Origin: Zestosphaera tikiterensis
Lineage (GTDB): Archaea > Thermoproteota > Thermoprotei_A > Sulfolobales > NBVN01
Assembly: GCA_003056265.1 (NCBI GenBank)
Contig: NBVN01000002.1
Coordinates: forward strand, 1-32,000
DNA length: 32,000 nucleotides
Direction: 5' to 3'
In this document: positions 10,144 through 18,715 of the stretch, one piece after another
Position numbering within the stretch: position 1 is the first letter of the stretch
How the letters are laid out: each line of letters starts with the position of its first letter
Position numbers and translations under genes: made by a program
Notes under the pieces: generated by a model
The model's input: the letters and a program-made list of their open reading frames with translations, nothing else
Databases searched by the model: none
What the model was told of the DNA's origin: nothing

Positions 10144-10403
10144 GGGATCGATGAGGGGGTTTATCCACCTGTAGGGTAGGTGGATCCCTGAGGGAGTACA
10201 TGGAGATTAGGGGAAAGAGTGGGTAAGCGTGTGCGGGGGTGCCTGGGTCGCCCCTAAGAGCCTCTGCTGTGAAGGATGAAGCCCAACGGAGCGGGGGAAC
10301 AAAAAATGAGGGGATGAAGAAAACAATTAGAAGAATTTGAGAAGGATTAGGAGTATCGTTCAGACCCGAACCCATCCCTAACACTCAAGGAATAGATGTT
10401 TTT
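10144..10403 (+). ncRNA. Unassigned structured ncRNA candidate (GC- and purine-rich island)
   Basis: 10144-10300 is about 60% GC by eye, against about 40-45% for its surroundings. It is G-rich on the plus strand, so G-U pairing favours plus-strand folding. Hairpins: CCACCU-GUAGGGU-AGGUGG (10165-10183), closed by GGGAU/AUCCC (10144-10148 with 10184-10188); GGGGUG-CCUGGGU-CGCCCC (10236-10254); CCUCUGCU/AGCGGGGG (10261-10268 with 10290-10297). A TATA-like box is centred about 26 nt upstream, and a T5 run sits at 10399-10403. The only ORF is an implausible antisense one. Confidence 0.5.
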
Positions 10404-10444
10404 CAAAACTTTAAAGCGTGACACAATACAGAAAAGCTTTTAAG

Positions 10445-10723
10445 TTAGAGTGCGTCGGTTCTAGTAACATACTCTATATCTATTGAGGAAATCCCATTAA
10501 CGCTTGATAATATCCTCTCCAGCTCTTCAGTCCCTCCCTCAAAATCTTCAGGCATAGCTATGTAAAGCATTAAACCGTAAAGACCGAACGCTATGTAGTG
10601 CTTTTCATATCTTAAGATTTCGTAATGTTTAGGCAAAGCAGCCCTTATGTCGTCTATTAAGTTGTCTAAATTTACAGAATCGCTGTCTGGATTAACGCGT
10701 AAAGCAACTATTACCTTACCCAT
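10445..10723 (-). CDS. Translation elongation factor aEF-1 beta
   Basis: 92 aa: MGKVIVALRVNPDSDSVNLDNLIDDIRAALPK...IAFGLYGLMLYIAMPEDFEGGTEELERILSSVNGISSIDIEYVTR. This matches the aEF-1beta pattern (MG.V...lkv.P...dvdl..L...I...lp......e.piAFGL.al...v...d.eGGTe..Ee.l..i.gV.s.ev..v.R). Confidence 0.88.
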   Translation of the reverse strand: MGKVIVALRVNPDSDSVNLDNLIDDIRAALPKHYEILRYEKHYIAFGLYGLMLYIAMPEDFEGGTEELERILSSVNGISSIDIEYVTRTDAL

Positions 10724-10733
10724 AGTTGTTCAC

Positions 10734-10964
10734 CTAAGGACCTTCAAACCCACAGTTAGGGCATTTATAAGGGTTTGAAAGCTCCCTACATTTACTACAT
10801 CTCCAAATAACTACAACACCGCAGCTGGGACATGTAAACCTCACCGCTTTTTCGTATGGGGCAAGTAACCTCCCGCAGCTAGAGCAGGTGGTTGGTGTTG
10901 AAGACTCGATGACTACAGGACCTCTACTGCTCTGGAATTCACTCACTCGTGCCATATCCATCAA
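10734..10964 (-). CDS. Zn-ribbon protein of the family usually encoded next to aEF-1beta (COG2888-like)
   Basis: 76 aa with four CxxC pairs ([25 protein letters not shown]). It sits immediately upstream of aEF-1beta on the same strand, which is the conserved archaeal gene pair. Confidence 0.75.
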   Translation of the reverse strand: MMDMARVSEFQSSRGPVVIESSTPTTCSSCGRLLAPYEKAVRFTCPSCGVVVIWRCSKCRELSNPYKCPNCGFEGP

Positions 10965-11097
10965 CCTATGATTAGGTTTTAAATTAGCTTATAAGGTTTA
11001 TCATTCTCGAAATTTAAAATTTCATTCGCTTTAAGTCATACGTTAAGTAACATCTATTTAACCTACGTAAGAACTTCATAAATAGGGGTGGAGTCGT

Positions 11098-12159
11098 TTG
11101 GGTGTTAACTTGAAAGACTTACTTGAAGATTATGGAGTTATAAAGCAGGTTAATGACTTAAAAGAATTGAAGGGTAAGGTAATAGCTATAGATGCTTATA
11201 ACGCGCTTTATCAATTTTTAGCAGCTATAAGACAACCCGATGGAACGCCTTTAATGGATAGCAAAGGCAGAATCACCAGCCACTTAAGTGGTTTATTCTA
11301 CAGAACCATAAACCTCATGGAGGACGGGTTAAAACCCGTTTACGTTTTTGATGGTAAGCCTCCGGAACTAAAGGCTAAGGAACTAGCTGAAAGAACTCAA
11401 TTTAGAGAGGAAGCACTTAAGAAATACGAGAAGGCCGTATCTGAGGGTAGGTTGGATGAAGCGCGGAAGTACGCGCAAGCTACCGGTAAGTTAACTACGG
11501 ATATGGTTAAAGCCTCTAAAGACCTCCTTAAAGCTATGGGTGTGCCCTACGTGGAGGCGCCCTCCGAGGGTGAGGCGCAAGCTGCCTACATGACTAGGAA
11601 AGGCGATGCTTGGGCTTCAGCTTCTCAAGACTATGACTCACTTCTCTTCAATACTGTAAGACTCATCAGAAATTTAACGATATCAGGCAAGAGGAAGTTA
11701 CCTGGTAAAGAAGTGTACGTCGAGATAAAACCCGAGCTTATAGAGTTGGAGTCTCTACTTAGAGAGCTTGGAGTAACTAGAGAACAGTTGATAGACATAG
11801 CTATCTTCATAGGCACTGACTATAACCCAGACGGCGTTAAGGGGGTCGGACCTAAAACAGCGTTAAAACTGGTGAAGACGTATGGATCCTTCGAAAAAGC
11901 CATTAAAGCCTTACCGGGGGTTAAGGTAGACTTCAACTATGAGGAGGTGAGGAGGATCTTCCTAAATCCCCCCGTAACAGATGCATACGTTTTAAACTGG
12001 AGTGAGCCTGACGTAACTAAGGTTACGGAACTCCTCGTCGAAGAATACGATTTTTCGAAAGAACGTGTTGAGAACGCCCTCGAAAGGTTGAAGAAAGCAT
12101 ATAGGGAGAACATCAGAACTTCAGTTAAGGGTTTGGACATGTGGTTTAAGAAGAAGTAG
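11098..12159 (+). CDS. fen: Flap endonuclease 1 (FEN1)
   Basis: 353 aa. The TTG start gives the canonical FEN1 N-terminus MGVNLKDLL. Other matches: [13 protein letters not shown], the XPG-N motif [12 protein letters not shown], the XPG-I motif [12 protein letters not shown]...[10 protein letters not shown], and the helix-hairpin-helix [22 protein letters not shown]. Confidence 0.92.
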   Translation: MGVNLKDLLEDYGVIKQVNDLKELKGKVIAIDAYNALYQFLAAIRQPDGTPLMDSKGRITSHLSGLFYRTINLMEDGLKPVYVFDGKPPELKAKELAERTQFREEALKKYEKAVSEGRLDEARKYAQATGKLTTDMVKASKDLLKAMGVPYVEAPSEGEAQAAYMTRKGDAWASASQDYDSLLFNTVRLIRNLTISGKRKLPGKEVYVEIKPELIELESLLRELGVTREQLIDIAIFIGTDYNPDGVKGVGPKTALKLVKTYGSFEKAIKALPGVKVDFNYEEVRRIFLNPPVTDAYVLNWSEPDVTKVTELLVEEYDFSKERVENALERLKKAYRENIRTSVKGLDMWFKKK

Positions 12160-12841
12160 AGGTGCCTAAATCTCTTATTAAGTAATAACCAACTCCGAAG
12201 TTAGGGTAGGTCACCATTTCGGCCTTCCTTACGTATAGAAGCCCACGTTTAAAGAGTGGTGAACTTAACACGAAAGTTTCAAACTCCCCACCTTCACCTA
12301 CCGGGTTAATCGAAGCTTCTTCTACATCCTTGAGGAATGCGTGCACGTTGCTAGCGTTAATAACGTTGCCTAACCAATCCATTCTTAAGCCGTAAGCTTG
12401 AATAGCGGTTATTACGAAGCTTAAATTAGAGGCTTCTTCAACTATCAGCTTAGATGGTGGGAAACCCCATAAAGGAGTTACGTGCCTCATATGCAGTTCC
12501 TCAGCTAAGACATCAACCCTCTCTTTTTGATATGTAGATCCTACAGCCCCAGAAACCACAACTTCATAGTCCGACAGCTCCCTAACCCGACTTAACTTAC
12601 GCTTTAATTCATCGACTTCCTTCTCTTTAACGCCACTTACCTCAATTAAGAGGTAGTTTAAACCCATTAACTCCGCGTGCTTTACAGCTAAATCTATGTT
12701 GACCGTATGAAACATCCAAGAATCGCTTCTCACGGGCTTAACAATAACTAGGAGATCCACTAGAATGTCCTCCTCAAGTGCTTTATATATGGCGTAATGC
12801 GAATCTTTACCGCCTGTGTATAAAGCAAATCCACGCTTCAA
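12146..12841 (-). CDS. PP-loop ATP pyrophosphatase, Dph6/MJ0570-like (diphthine-ammonia ligase family)
   Basis: 231 aa with N-terminal ALYTGGKDS (SGGKDS-type PP-loop) and C-terminal [10 protein letters not shown], typical of this family. Its 3' end overlaps the convergent fen 3' end by 14 nt. Confidence 0.65.
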   Translation of the reverse strand: MKRGFALYTGGKDSHYAIYKALEEDILVDLLVIVKPVRSDSWMFHTVNIDLAVKHAELMGLNYLLIEVSGVKEKEVDELKRKLSRVRELSDYEVVVSGAVGSTYQKERVDVLAEELHMRHVTPLWGFPPSKLIVEEASNLSFVITAIQAYGLRMDWLGNVINASNVHAFLKDVEEASINPVGEGGEFETFVLSSPLFKRGLLYVRKAEMVTYPNFGVGYYLIRDLGTSTSS

Positions 12842-13482
12842 AACGCATGCACCAGTATATCGATTACGGCGTTAACAGCCGAAGCGTAGCAAAGCTGATG
12901 TGGTAATTCCTCACCGCATATCGCGATAATAAGTAAGTCGTTATTAGTTACGTAACCGCTTTTTAAGACGTGTTCAACGGCTTTTAAATCTTTAACTAGC
13001 TCCTCACCTGTTGACGTAGGCATGTAAGCTACGCTATCTTTAAAGAGTATTATCACGGCTCCCTCAGCACCGTGTCTAACCACTAAATCCCTAATTTTAA
13101 GTACATCATAACGAGTCAGTAATGTAGATCCTTCCTTAACCACAACACCCGATAATCTACATTTAACGCAGAGACCTTCTTTAGGTAGTTCAGGCAGCAT
13201 CTTAATCAAGGAGTTTACATAATTTACTAACTCAAGCCCTAAGCTAGTTAGTCTTGTTCCGTAAGGTCTCGACGTCTCAACAAGATTTAACTCCTTAAGT
13301 CTTCTTATCAATGTCTTAACGCTTGCCTCACCTAACATTAACTCACGCATTAAGTGGTGCCTACCTAAGCTTTCGTTCTCCTTAAGTAACTCCATAGCTT
13401 TAACTACGTGGTAAAACGTAAATTGAGGCTTTATCCCACCCTTAGATTCAATGACCTTACTTAGAACTTTCAGCTTGTTCAT
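12838..13482 (-). CDS. Hypothetical protein with N-terminal winged-helix domain (DUF4443-like); possible regulator
   Basis: 214 aa. The wHTH-like segment is LGRHHLMRELMLGEASVKTLIRRLKELNLVETSRPYGTRLTSLG. It overlaps the downstream Dph6-like gene by 4 nt (operon) and is divergent from argF. The family name is from memory and unverified. Confidence 0.4.
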   Translation of the reverse strand: MNKLKVLSKVIESKGGIKPQFTFYHVVKAMELLKENESLGRHHLMRELMLGEASVKTLIRRLKELNLVETSRPYGTRLTSLGLELVNYVNSLIKMLPELPKEGLCVKCRLSGVVVKEGSTLLTRYDVLKIRDLVVRHGAEGAVIILFKDSVAYMPTSTGEELVKDLKAVEHVLKSGYVTNNDLLIIAICGEELPHQLCYASAVNAVIDILVHAF

Positions 13483-13556
13483 CCCTTGCCTGAGTATTAT
13501 ATTCGTTTAAATTAAAATATTTTTACCCTAGCTAGAAGTAATGATGGGTGTTAAAA

Positions 13557-14492
13557 ATGAAGAGCTTACGTGGTAGAGACTTCCTTTCAGTAGCTGATTT
13601 CACGTCTGAAGAGTTAAGGTTCGTTATAGACACGGCATACCAACTAAAGCAGAGGTTCTACGCCGGGGAGAGGGTAATACCTGTTTTAAAGGGCAAGACA
13701 TTACTCATGATATTTCAAAAACCAAGCACTAGAACTAGAGTGAGTTTTGAGCAAGCGATGGTTCAATTAGGTGGGCATGTAATGAGCTTCAACTGGCAGG
13801 AGCTTCAGCTAGGGAGGGGGGAGACCATAGCCGATACCGCCAGAGTTTTAAGTAGATATGTTGACGGCATAGTAGCGAGGGTTTACAAACATTCAGACTT
13901 GATAGAGTTAGCTAAATATGCTGAAATACCTGTGATTAACGCTTTAAGCGATAAAGAACATCCATGTCAAGCCGTAGGCGATATGTTAACTATCTTAGAA
14001 AAGAAGGGGAGGTTGAAAGGCATTACCTTAGCCTACGTTGGTGACGGCGGGAATAACGTTGCGCATTCGTTAATCCTAGCAGCAAGTAAGCTGGGAGTTA
14101 ACGTACGGGTAGGAACAGCTGAAGGTTACGACCCAGATCCAGACATAGTAAAACTTGCTGAAGCTGAGGCTAAATTAAACGGTTCATACATAGAGATTGT
14201 TAGAAAACCTGAGGAGGCCGTTAAAGGTGTTGACGTGGTTTATACGGATGTCTGGGTTAGTATGGGTCAGGAAGCTGAGAAGGAGAAAAGAGAGAGGGAT
14301 TTAGGTAAATTCAGAGTGACTCCGGAGTTGATGAAGTTAGCTAAGGAAGACGCGATATTCATGCATTGCTTACCAGCACATAGAGGGTTGGAAGTAGTTG
14401 ATGAGGTTATAGACGGTCCTTGGTCTGTAGTTTGGGATCAAGCTGAAAACAGGTTGCACGCACAGAAGGCTATACTGGCATTACTCCTATAG
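13557..14492 (+). CDS. argF: Ornithine carbamoyltransferase
   Basis: Motifs FQKPSTRTRVSFE (carbamoyl-phosphate site), HPCQAVGD, DVWVSMGQE (ornithine-binding DxxxSMG) and HCLPAHRG. ATG 13557 (MKSLRGRDFLSVADFTSEEL) is preferred over the track start GTG 13548. Confidence 0.9.
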   Translation: MKSLRGRDFLSVADFTSEELRFVIDTAYQLKQRFYAGERVIPVLKGKTLLMIFQKPSTRTRVSFEQAMVQLGGHVMSFNWQELQLGRGETIADTARVLSRYVDGIVARVYKHSDLIELAKYAEIPVINALSDKEHPCQAVGDMLTILEKKGRLKGITLAYVGDGGNNVAHSLILAASKLGVNVRVGTAEGYDPDPDIVKLAEAEAKLNGSYIEIVRKPEEAVKGVDVVYTDVWVSMGQEAEKEKRERDLGKFRVTPELMKLAKEDAIFMHCLPAHRGLEVVDEVIDGPWSVVWDQAENRLHAQKAILALLL

Positions 14493-14533
14493 AGCAGAAG
14501 TTTTTTAATCATTCTTCAAAACCTTTCAATCCA

Positions 14534-15241
14534 CTACTTCGATTTCTTAACGTTTTTCTTCTTAAGTCTTTTATTCTTTCTTTTCCCACGTCTTCTCACG
14601 CGACGTTTTTTCTTAGTAAGGTAAGGCTTTACTGAGGCTTTCTCCACATACTTCCGTATCTCATCACTTAATAAAACTCTGAAGCCGTCCTCCGTAATTA
14701 TCTTAAGCGCTGTAAAATCGTTGAGACGGTCGTTGCTTAACGTCTTGACTATAGCGTCGTACACTATTAAGTTACCCTGACCGTTCGTTACGGTCTTTAC
14801 TATAGTTAACTTATCGTAGGATGTGTTTAAGCCTTCTTCATCAAGTGAGGTAAGGTCTCTATTTTGAGATTCGTCGTCAACGTTATTTTGACCTGCATTA
14901 ACCGTGTTTATTAACTGGATTTCCTTAAGTTTAGATGGTTTATAAAAGAGAAGTAAAGTTCTTAAATTGACTTTCTTTAGCTTAACGAAAGCGTCCAGAT
15001 ATTTGCTGTCTATGTTTACAGCATCGCAGTCTCTTTTAAACTTACTTACTCTACCTGGTAATAACGTATTAAGTAGTTGAGTTAGCTTAAGTTGAGAAAG
15101 GTCTTGCTGATTGACGCTTAAACTCGCTGGTAAAGTTTCTGAATGTTTCACTTCATACACGCTTAAAGTTAGGAATTCACTAATCGGTAGTTCCTTCATC
15201 TCTAAACATGAGATAGTGAACTCCGCCGTCGCAGCGTTCAT
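14534..15241 (-). CDS. Hypothetical protein, N/Q/S/T-rich, with a C-terminal polybasic tail
   Basis: 235-aa ORF and last gene of the minus-strand string that begins with gins-mcm. It ends TKKKRRVRRRGKRKNKRLKKKNVKKSK. No family recognised. Confidence 0.55.
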   Translation of the reverse strand: MNAATAEFTISCLEMKELPISEFLTLSVYEVKHSETLPASLSVNQQDLSQLKLTQLLNTLLPGRVSKFKRDCDAVNIDSKYLDAFVKLKKVNLRTLLLFYKPSKLKEIQLINTVNAGQNNVDDESQNRDLTSLDEEGLNTSYDKLTIVKTVTNGQGNLIVYDAIVKTLSNDRLNDFTALKIITEDGFRVLLSDEIRKYVEKASVKPYLTKKKRRVRRRGKRKNKRLKKKNVKKSK

Positions 15242-15268
15242 CTGATTGGTACCTCTTATTGAAGAGGT

Positions 15269-15766
15269 TTAACGTTTATAGCCTATCTTCCTAAGGAATT
15301 CATGCCTATGTTTCTTATGATCCTGCGTTTCAATCCCTACGGTTGTGAAGCCGTCTACCACACCTAAGACAGCCCTGCCCTGATCCGTCTCAGCAACTAT
15401 GACTTGAACGGGGTTTGCCGTTGCCGTGTAGATCCTGCAGACTTCCTGAACGTTTTTGATTGCGTTGAGCACGTTTATCGGCCAAGCATTCTTTAAGTAT
15501 ATAACGAACGTGTGTCCAGCACCTATCTTAAGCGCTACCTCCTCAGCAAGTTTAATAAGTTCTTCATCGTTACCATCACTTCTAACTAAACGGTCGCCAC
15601 TGGCTTCATTGAAAGCCAGCCCAAACCTTATGGAAGTCGATGAAGTGATTAAAGCCTCGTAAAGATCTTCAACAGTTTTTATAAAGTGTGAATGCCCTAA
15701 AATGACGTTCGTCCCCTGCGGTACTGGAACGTCAATCACATCCATCTTCTTAATGCTACCCATCAA
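15269..15766 (-). CDS. Adenosine-specific kinase family protein (PF04008/DUF355-like)
   Basis: 165 aa. [27 protein letters not shown] and [25 protein letters not shown] match my recollection of this small archaeal family. An alternative start is the internal M of MDVIDVP. Confidence 0.55.
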   Translation of the reverse strand: MMGSIKKMDVIDVPVPQGTNVILGHSHFIKTVEDLYEALITSSTSIRFGLAFNEASGDRLVRSDGNDEELIKLAEEVALKIGAGHTFVIYLKNAWPINVLNAIKNVQEVCRIYTATANPVQVIVAETDQGRAVLGVVDGFTTVGIETQDHKKHRHEFLRKIGYKR

Positions 15767-15797
15767 ACCTCACCAAATAACTCATGATATACGATCT

Positions 15798-16298
15798 TTA
15801 TAAGAATTTCCTTCTAATTCTGTCTTTCTTATCAGGTACCAACCCTACGCAGAGGTAATTATCGACGGGCTCTAAAACTAATTCATTCTCTAGGCTTGGG
15901 TTTATACGTCCTTTAAGGAACTTAAGCACTTCGGAGATTTGCTGATCTGATAGCAAACCCTTACGTCCAAACCTAACGGTCTTATAACCAACTATATTGA
16001 AATTATTTAATATCTCACTTAAGCACTTAATCAAGTCTAGAGAAATATCACAACAGGAGATTATCCTAACCATTCTCTCTATGGTTGACGGTGGATAGGA
16101 AAGAATCAGCTTCATCACTTGCTCGTCGTTTAACACCGTCTTTAATAGAAGAACTCCTTTAAAGGATGTCCTACATATCAATACGTTGGGGTCTTTATAG
16201 AATAGAGCGTCCCCTAGCTCCTTCTCAGCTAGCTCCTCTTTACCGTATTTAACTGTAACGACGTATGTAGGGTTTCGACACTCACTGGGATTCGCCAA
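15798..16298 (-). CDS. THUMP-domain-like RNA-binding protein
   Basis: 166 aa. The N-terminal YVVTVKYGKEELAEKELGDAL...FKGVLLLK resembles a ferredoxin-like module. KTVRFGRKGLLSDQQISEVLKFLKGRINPSLENELVLEPVDNYLCVGLV matches the THUMP pattern (F.V...R.G....S..i...lG..I......V.L..Pd..i.v). Confidence 0.45.
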   Translation of the reverse strand: MANPSECRNPTYVVTVKYGKEELAEKELGDALFYKDPNVLICRTSFKGVLLLKTVLNDEQVMKLILSYPPSTIERMVRIISCCDISLDLIKCLSEILNNFNIVGYKTVRFGRKGLLSDQQISEVLKFLKGRINPSLENELVLEPVDNYLCVGLVPDKKDRIRRKFL

Positions 16299-16536
16299 CG
16301 CAGAGTCTCCTTTTCATGTAATTAAAAAGTGATGAAGGCGTCCACGCAACCCACGCTGGAAAACGCTTAACGAAGTCGTAGGCTTCCTCCCAATTCTCAA
16401 GTCCTAAATCCCTAGCTAATTCTTCAAGTGTGTAAATAGACCTAACGTATTTATACATTACGGCTAAGACCTCCTCAGTTATCGGTATTTCCTTCCCATT
16501 ACTTAACTTAACCACTAACTCACACATTTTCCTCAA
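16282..16536 (-). CDS. Small hypothetical protein
   Basis: 84-aa ORF between mcm and the THUMP-like gene. It overlaps the latter by 17 nt. No family recognised. Confidence 0.45.
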   Translation of the reverse strand: MRKMCELVVKLSNGKEIPITEEVLAVMYKYVRSIYTLEELARDLGLENWEEAYDFVKRFPAWVAWTPSSLFNYMKRRLCVGESQ

Positions 16537-16579
16537 CCTATAAGCAAATAAGCGGTGTGGCTTAAAAATTAATGTTTTC

Positions 16580-18715
16580 TTAACTTAATGCGTAGCAACC
16601 GGTCCTGCGTTCGTATATTTCTCCACTTCTCCGGAGGTTCCTAAGGATCTTATCTAGGGTTTCCTCATCTATACCTATCTCCTCAGCCCTCTTCTTAAGC
16701 TCTTTGAATTTAATGCATTCCTCACCTGCCTGCGTAACTTCCTTAATGGTTTTAATTATAGCGACTTCCTTATCACGTATGCTTTTCGGCTTTCCAGCCA
16801 TTAAAGTGTCTATGTCTATATTGCCTGTTTCAACGTCTAATCCCACCTGCTCTAAAACGGCGTTCATAAGCCTTACAGCTTCAACCGCGTCTTCAGCCTC
16901 AACCTTAGGTTTTAACTTCATCCTAGCATGTGCTTCAGCAAGCCTTACTAAAGCCTCCAACTGCCTAGCGGTTATAGCTAGTGGGGCATCCTCCCTCTCA
17001 GAACTTCTCTTTCTTAACTCTATATAATACTCCTTGATTATCCTCTCAGCTTCCTCAGTTAAAACGGGCTTAACGTGTTTTCTAGCGTAAGCTATATACT
17101 TTCTGAGTAGGTCTGGCTTTATATCGGGTTCGACATACCCTGCTTTTTCATGCGTTTTTAAAACGAAACTTGTAAGTGATGTGTCCTTACCTAACTCCGG
17201 TACGTCCCTAACTATGTAAAGCAGGTCAAACCTAGAAAGGATAGTTACGGGTAGGTTTATGTTTTCGGCGGGGCTTTCGGTGGCTATATACCTACCCCTC
17301 TTCGGGTTTCCAGCCGCGATTACTGAAGCTCTAGCGTTTAGCCTAGCTACTATACCGGCCTTAGCTATGCTTACGGTTCCTTGCTCCATCGCTTCATGGA
17401 TAGCTACCCTATCCTCTTCACGCATCTTATCGATTTCATCTATTGCTACGACTCCACCATCCGCTAAAACCATAGCGCCTGCCTCCAGGAAATACTCACC
17501 GGTTTGTTTGTCTTTAACTACGGTCGCCGTAAGCCCGGCGGCTGAAGAGCCTTTACCTGAGGTGTAAATACCTCTAGGAGCTATTCTAGCAGCGTATTGA
17601 AGGAGTTGGGATTTGGCAGTGCCTGGATCGCCTACAAGCAATATATGGATATCGCCCCGCATTCTAGTCCCGTCAGGCGACGTTTTAGTAACGCCACCAA
17701 ACAACGCTAGAGCTATTGCCTCCTTAACATCCCATAGACCGTAGATGGTTGGCGCTATACTGGCTATGATTTTCCTCCTAATTAACGGGTCTTTAGAAAG
17801 CTCAAGTATAAGCTCTTCATCCTCAGGACTTAACTTAAGCTCCTCTAAAACTCTCTGAGCTACTATCACGTTATTAGCTTCGATGTATGGGGTGAAGACC
17901 GTTTTATCCTCTCTTCCCGACTTCTGAAGCCTTACGATACCTATTACAGCAACTCTATCGCCGGGCCTAGCTATATCCACGATATCCTCCGTTAAAACGA
18001 CTTCAACAGACCTGGGTATTTGCCCAGCCGGTATCTCCTCAGGTCTTTCCTGAACGACTACCAACTGCCAATCTCTAAACTTAGACTTGTCTGGTTTAAG
18101 CTTAATAACGCCTCTAAACCTTCTCCTAATCAACTCATCCTCAGTCAACGTGTTAATGCATATTGGGCAGTAAGGAGGTTTCTCTAACTCTTCCCTTAAC
18201 TCCTCTTCAAAGGGAGGCCATTCAAACTCATGTTCCTCGCCTGTAGGTAGTACGTGAACATATTTAGCTTTATAGAGCTTGTTTCTAACGGGGGTTGCCT
18301 TAACTATAATTCCCTCAACCATCACTAACTTGTTGATGTGTTCGCTGGAGATCTTCCTTATGCTTAATGTTTTAGACCATCCGTTAAACCTAACGAAAAA
18401 CTTCGGAACCTTCCTAGCGTATTCTAGGTCTATCTCTGAAACTATCTCCTTAACAGCGTTACCGAAAGCCTCAAGGGACTCAACCGGGTTATTCTCTATC
18501 AACTCTATGGAGTGGGCGTCATAGCTTATCAGGTCTTCATAATCCACTATTACGGACTTACCCTCCCTACTTATCATTTCCTTAATTCTCTCTTTATACT
18601 TGAAGTCACCGTTCCTGTCTTTGAAGTTCTTTAGAAAGGAAGTGAAGAGGCCTACGTAGTCTTCAGCCTCCCTTTCTTCAGGAGGTTTTTGAGTAAGGTT
18701 TGAAAATTCACTCAC
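16580..18715 (-). CDS. mcm: MCM replicative helicase
   Basis: 711 aa. Zn-binding CPIC...; Walker A HILLVGDPGTAKSQLL; Walker B GVVAIDEIDKM; arginine finger SRFDLLYIV; sensor-2 region ITARQLEALVRLAEAHARM; C-terminal winged helix. All motifs are contiguous, so there is no intein. Confidence 0.95.
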   Translation of the reverse strand: MSEFSNLTQKPPEEREAEDYVGLFTSFLKNFKDRNGDFKYKERIKEMISREGKSVIVDYEDLISYDAHSIELIENNPVESLEAFGNAVKEIVSEIDLEYARKVPKFFVRFNGWSKTLSIRKISSEHINKLVMVEGIIVKATPVRNKLYKAKYVHVLPTGEEHEFEWPPFEEELREELEKPPYCPICINTLTEDELIRRRFRGVIKLKPDKSKFRDWQLVVVQERPEEIPAGQIPRSVEVVLTEDIVDIARPGDRVAVIGIVRLQKSGREDKTVFTPYIEANNVIVAQRVLEELKLSPEDEELILELSKDPLIRRKIIASIAPTIYGLWDVKEAIALALFGGVTKTSPDGTRMRGDIHILLVGDPGTAKSQLLQYAARIAPRGIYTSGKGSSAAGLTATVVKDKQTGEYFLEAGAMVLADGGVVAIDEIDKMREEDRVAIHEAMEQGTVSIAKAGIVARLNARASVIAAGNPKRGRYIATESPAENINLPVTILSRFDLLYIVRDVPELGKDTSLTSFVLKTHEKAGYVEPDIKPDLLRKYIAYARKHVKPVLTEEAERIIKEYYIELRKRSSEREDAPLAITARQLEALVRLAEAHARMKLKPKVEAEDAVEAVRLMNAVLEQVGLDVETGNIDIDTLMAGKPKSIRDKEVAIIKTIKEVTQAGEECIKFKELKKRAEEIGIDEETLDKILRNLRRSGEIYERRTGCYALS

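Noticed and set aside
10115-10384. 89-aa minus-strand ORF (MLGMGSGLNDTPNPSQILLIVFF...) covering the GC-rich island
   Set aside because: The product is Pro/Ser-rich and nearly devoid of the Glu, Lys, Ile and Val that dominate every credible protein in this window. Its stop lies inside the TATA-like box. The composition is better explained as the complement of a G-rich structured RNA. A TATA-like TTTAAAG about 27 nt upstream of its GTG keeps a small residual doubt.
10144-10403. Assigning the GC-rich island to RNase P RNA, SRP RNA or an H/ACA guide
   Set aside because: It lacks the universal RNase P GAGGAAAGUCC and ACAGAA elements; there is only a loose GGGGAAAGA/P4-like pairing. It has no long self-complementary SRP helix 5 and no helix-8 AGCA/GNAR pattern. 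The ACA triplets (for example 10198-10200, 14 nt after the 10165-10183 hairpin) are not preceded by an adequate lower stem or a K-turn-bearing upper stem. It is therefore left unassigned rather than named.
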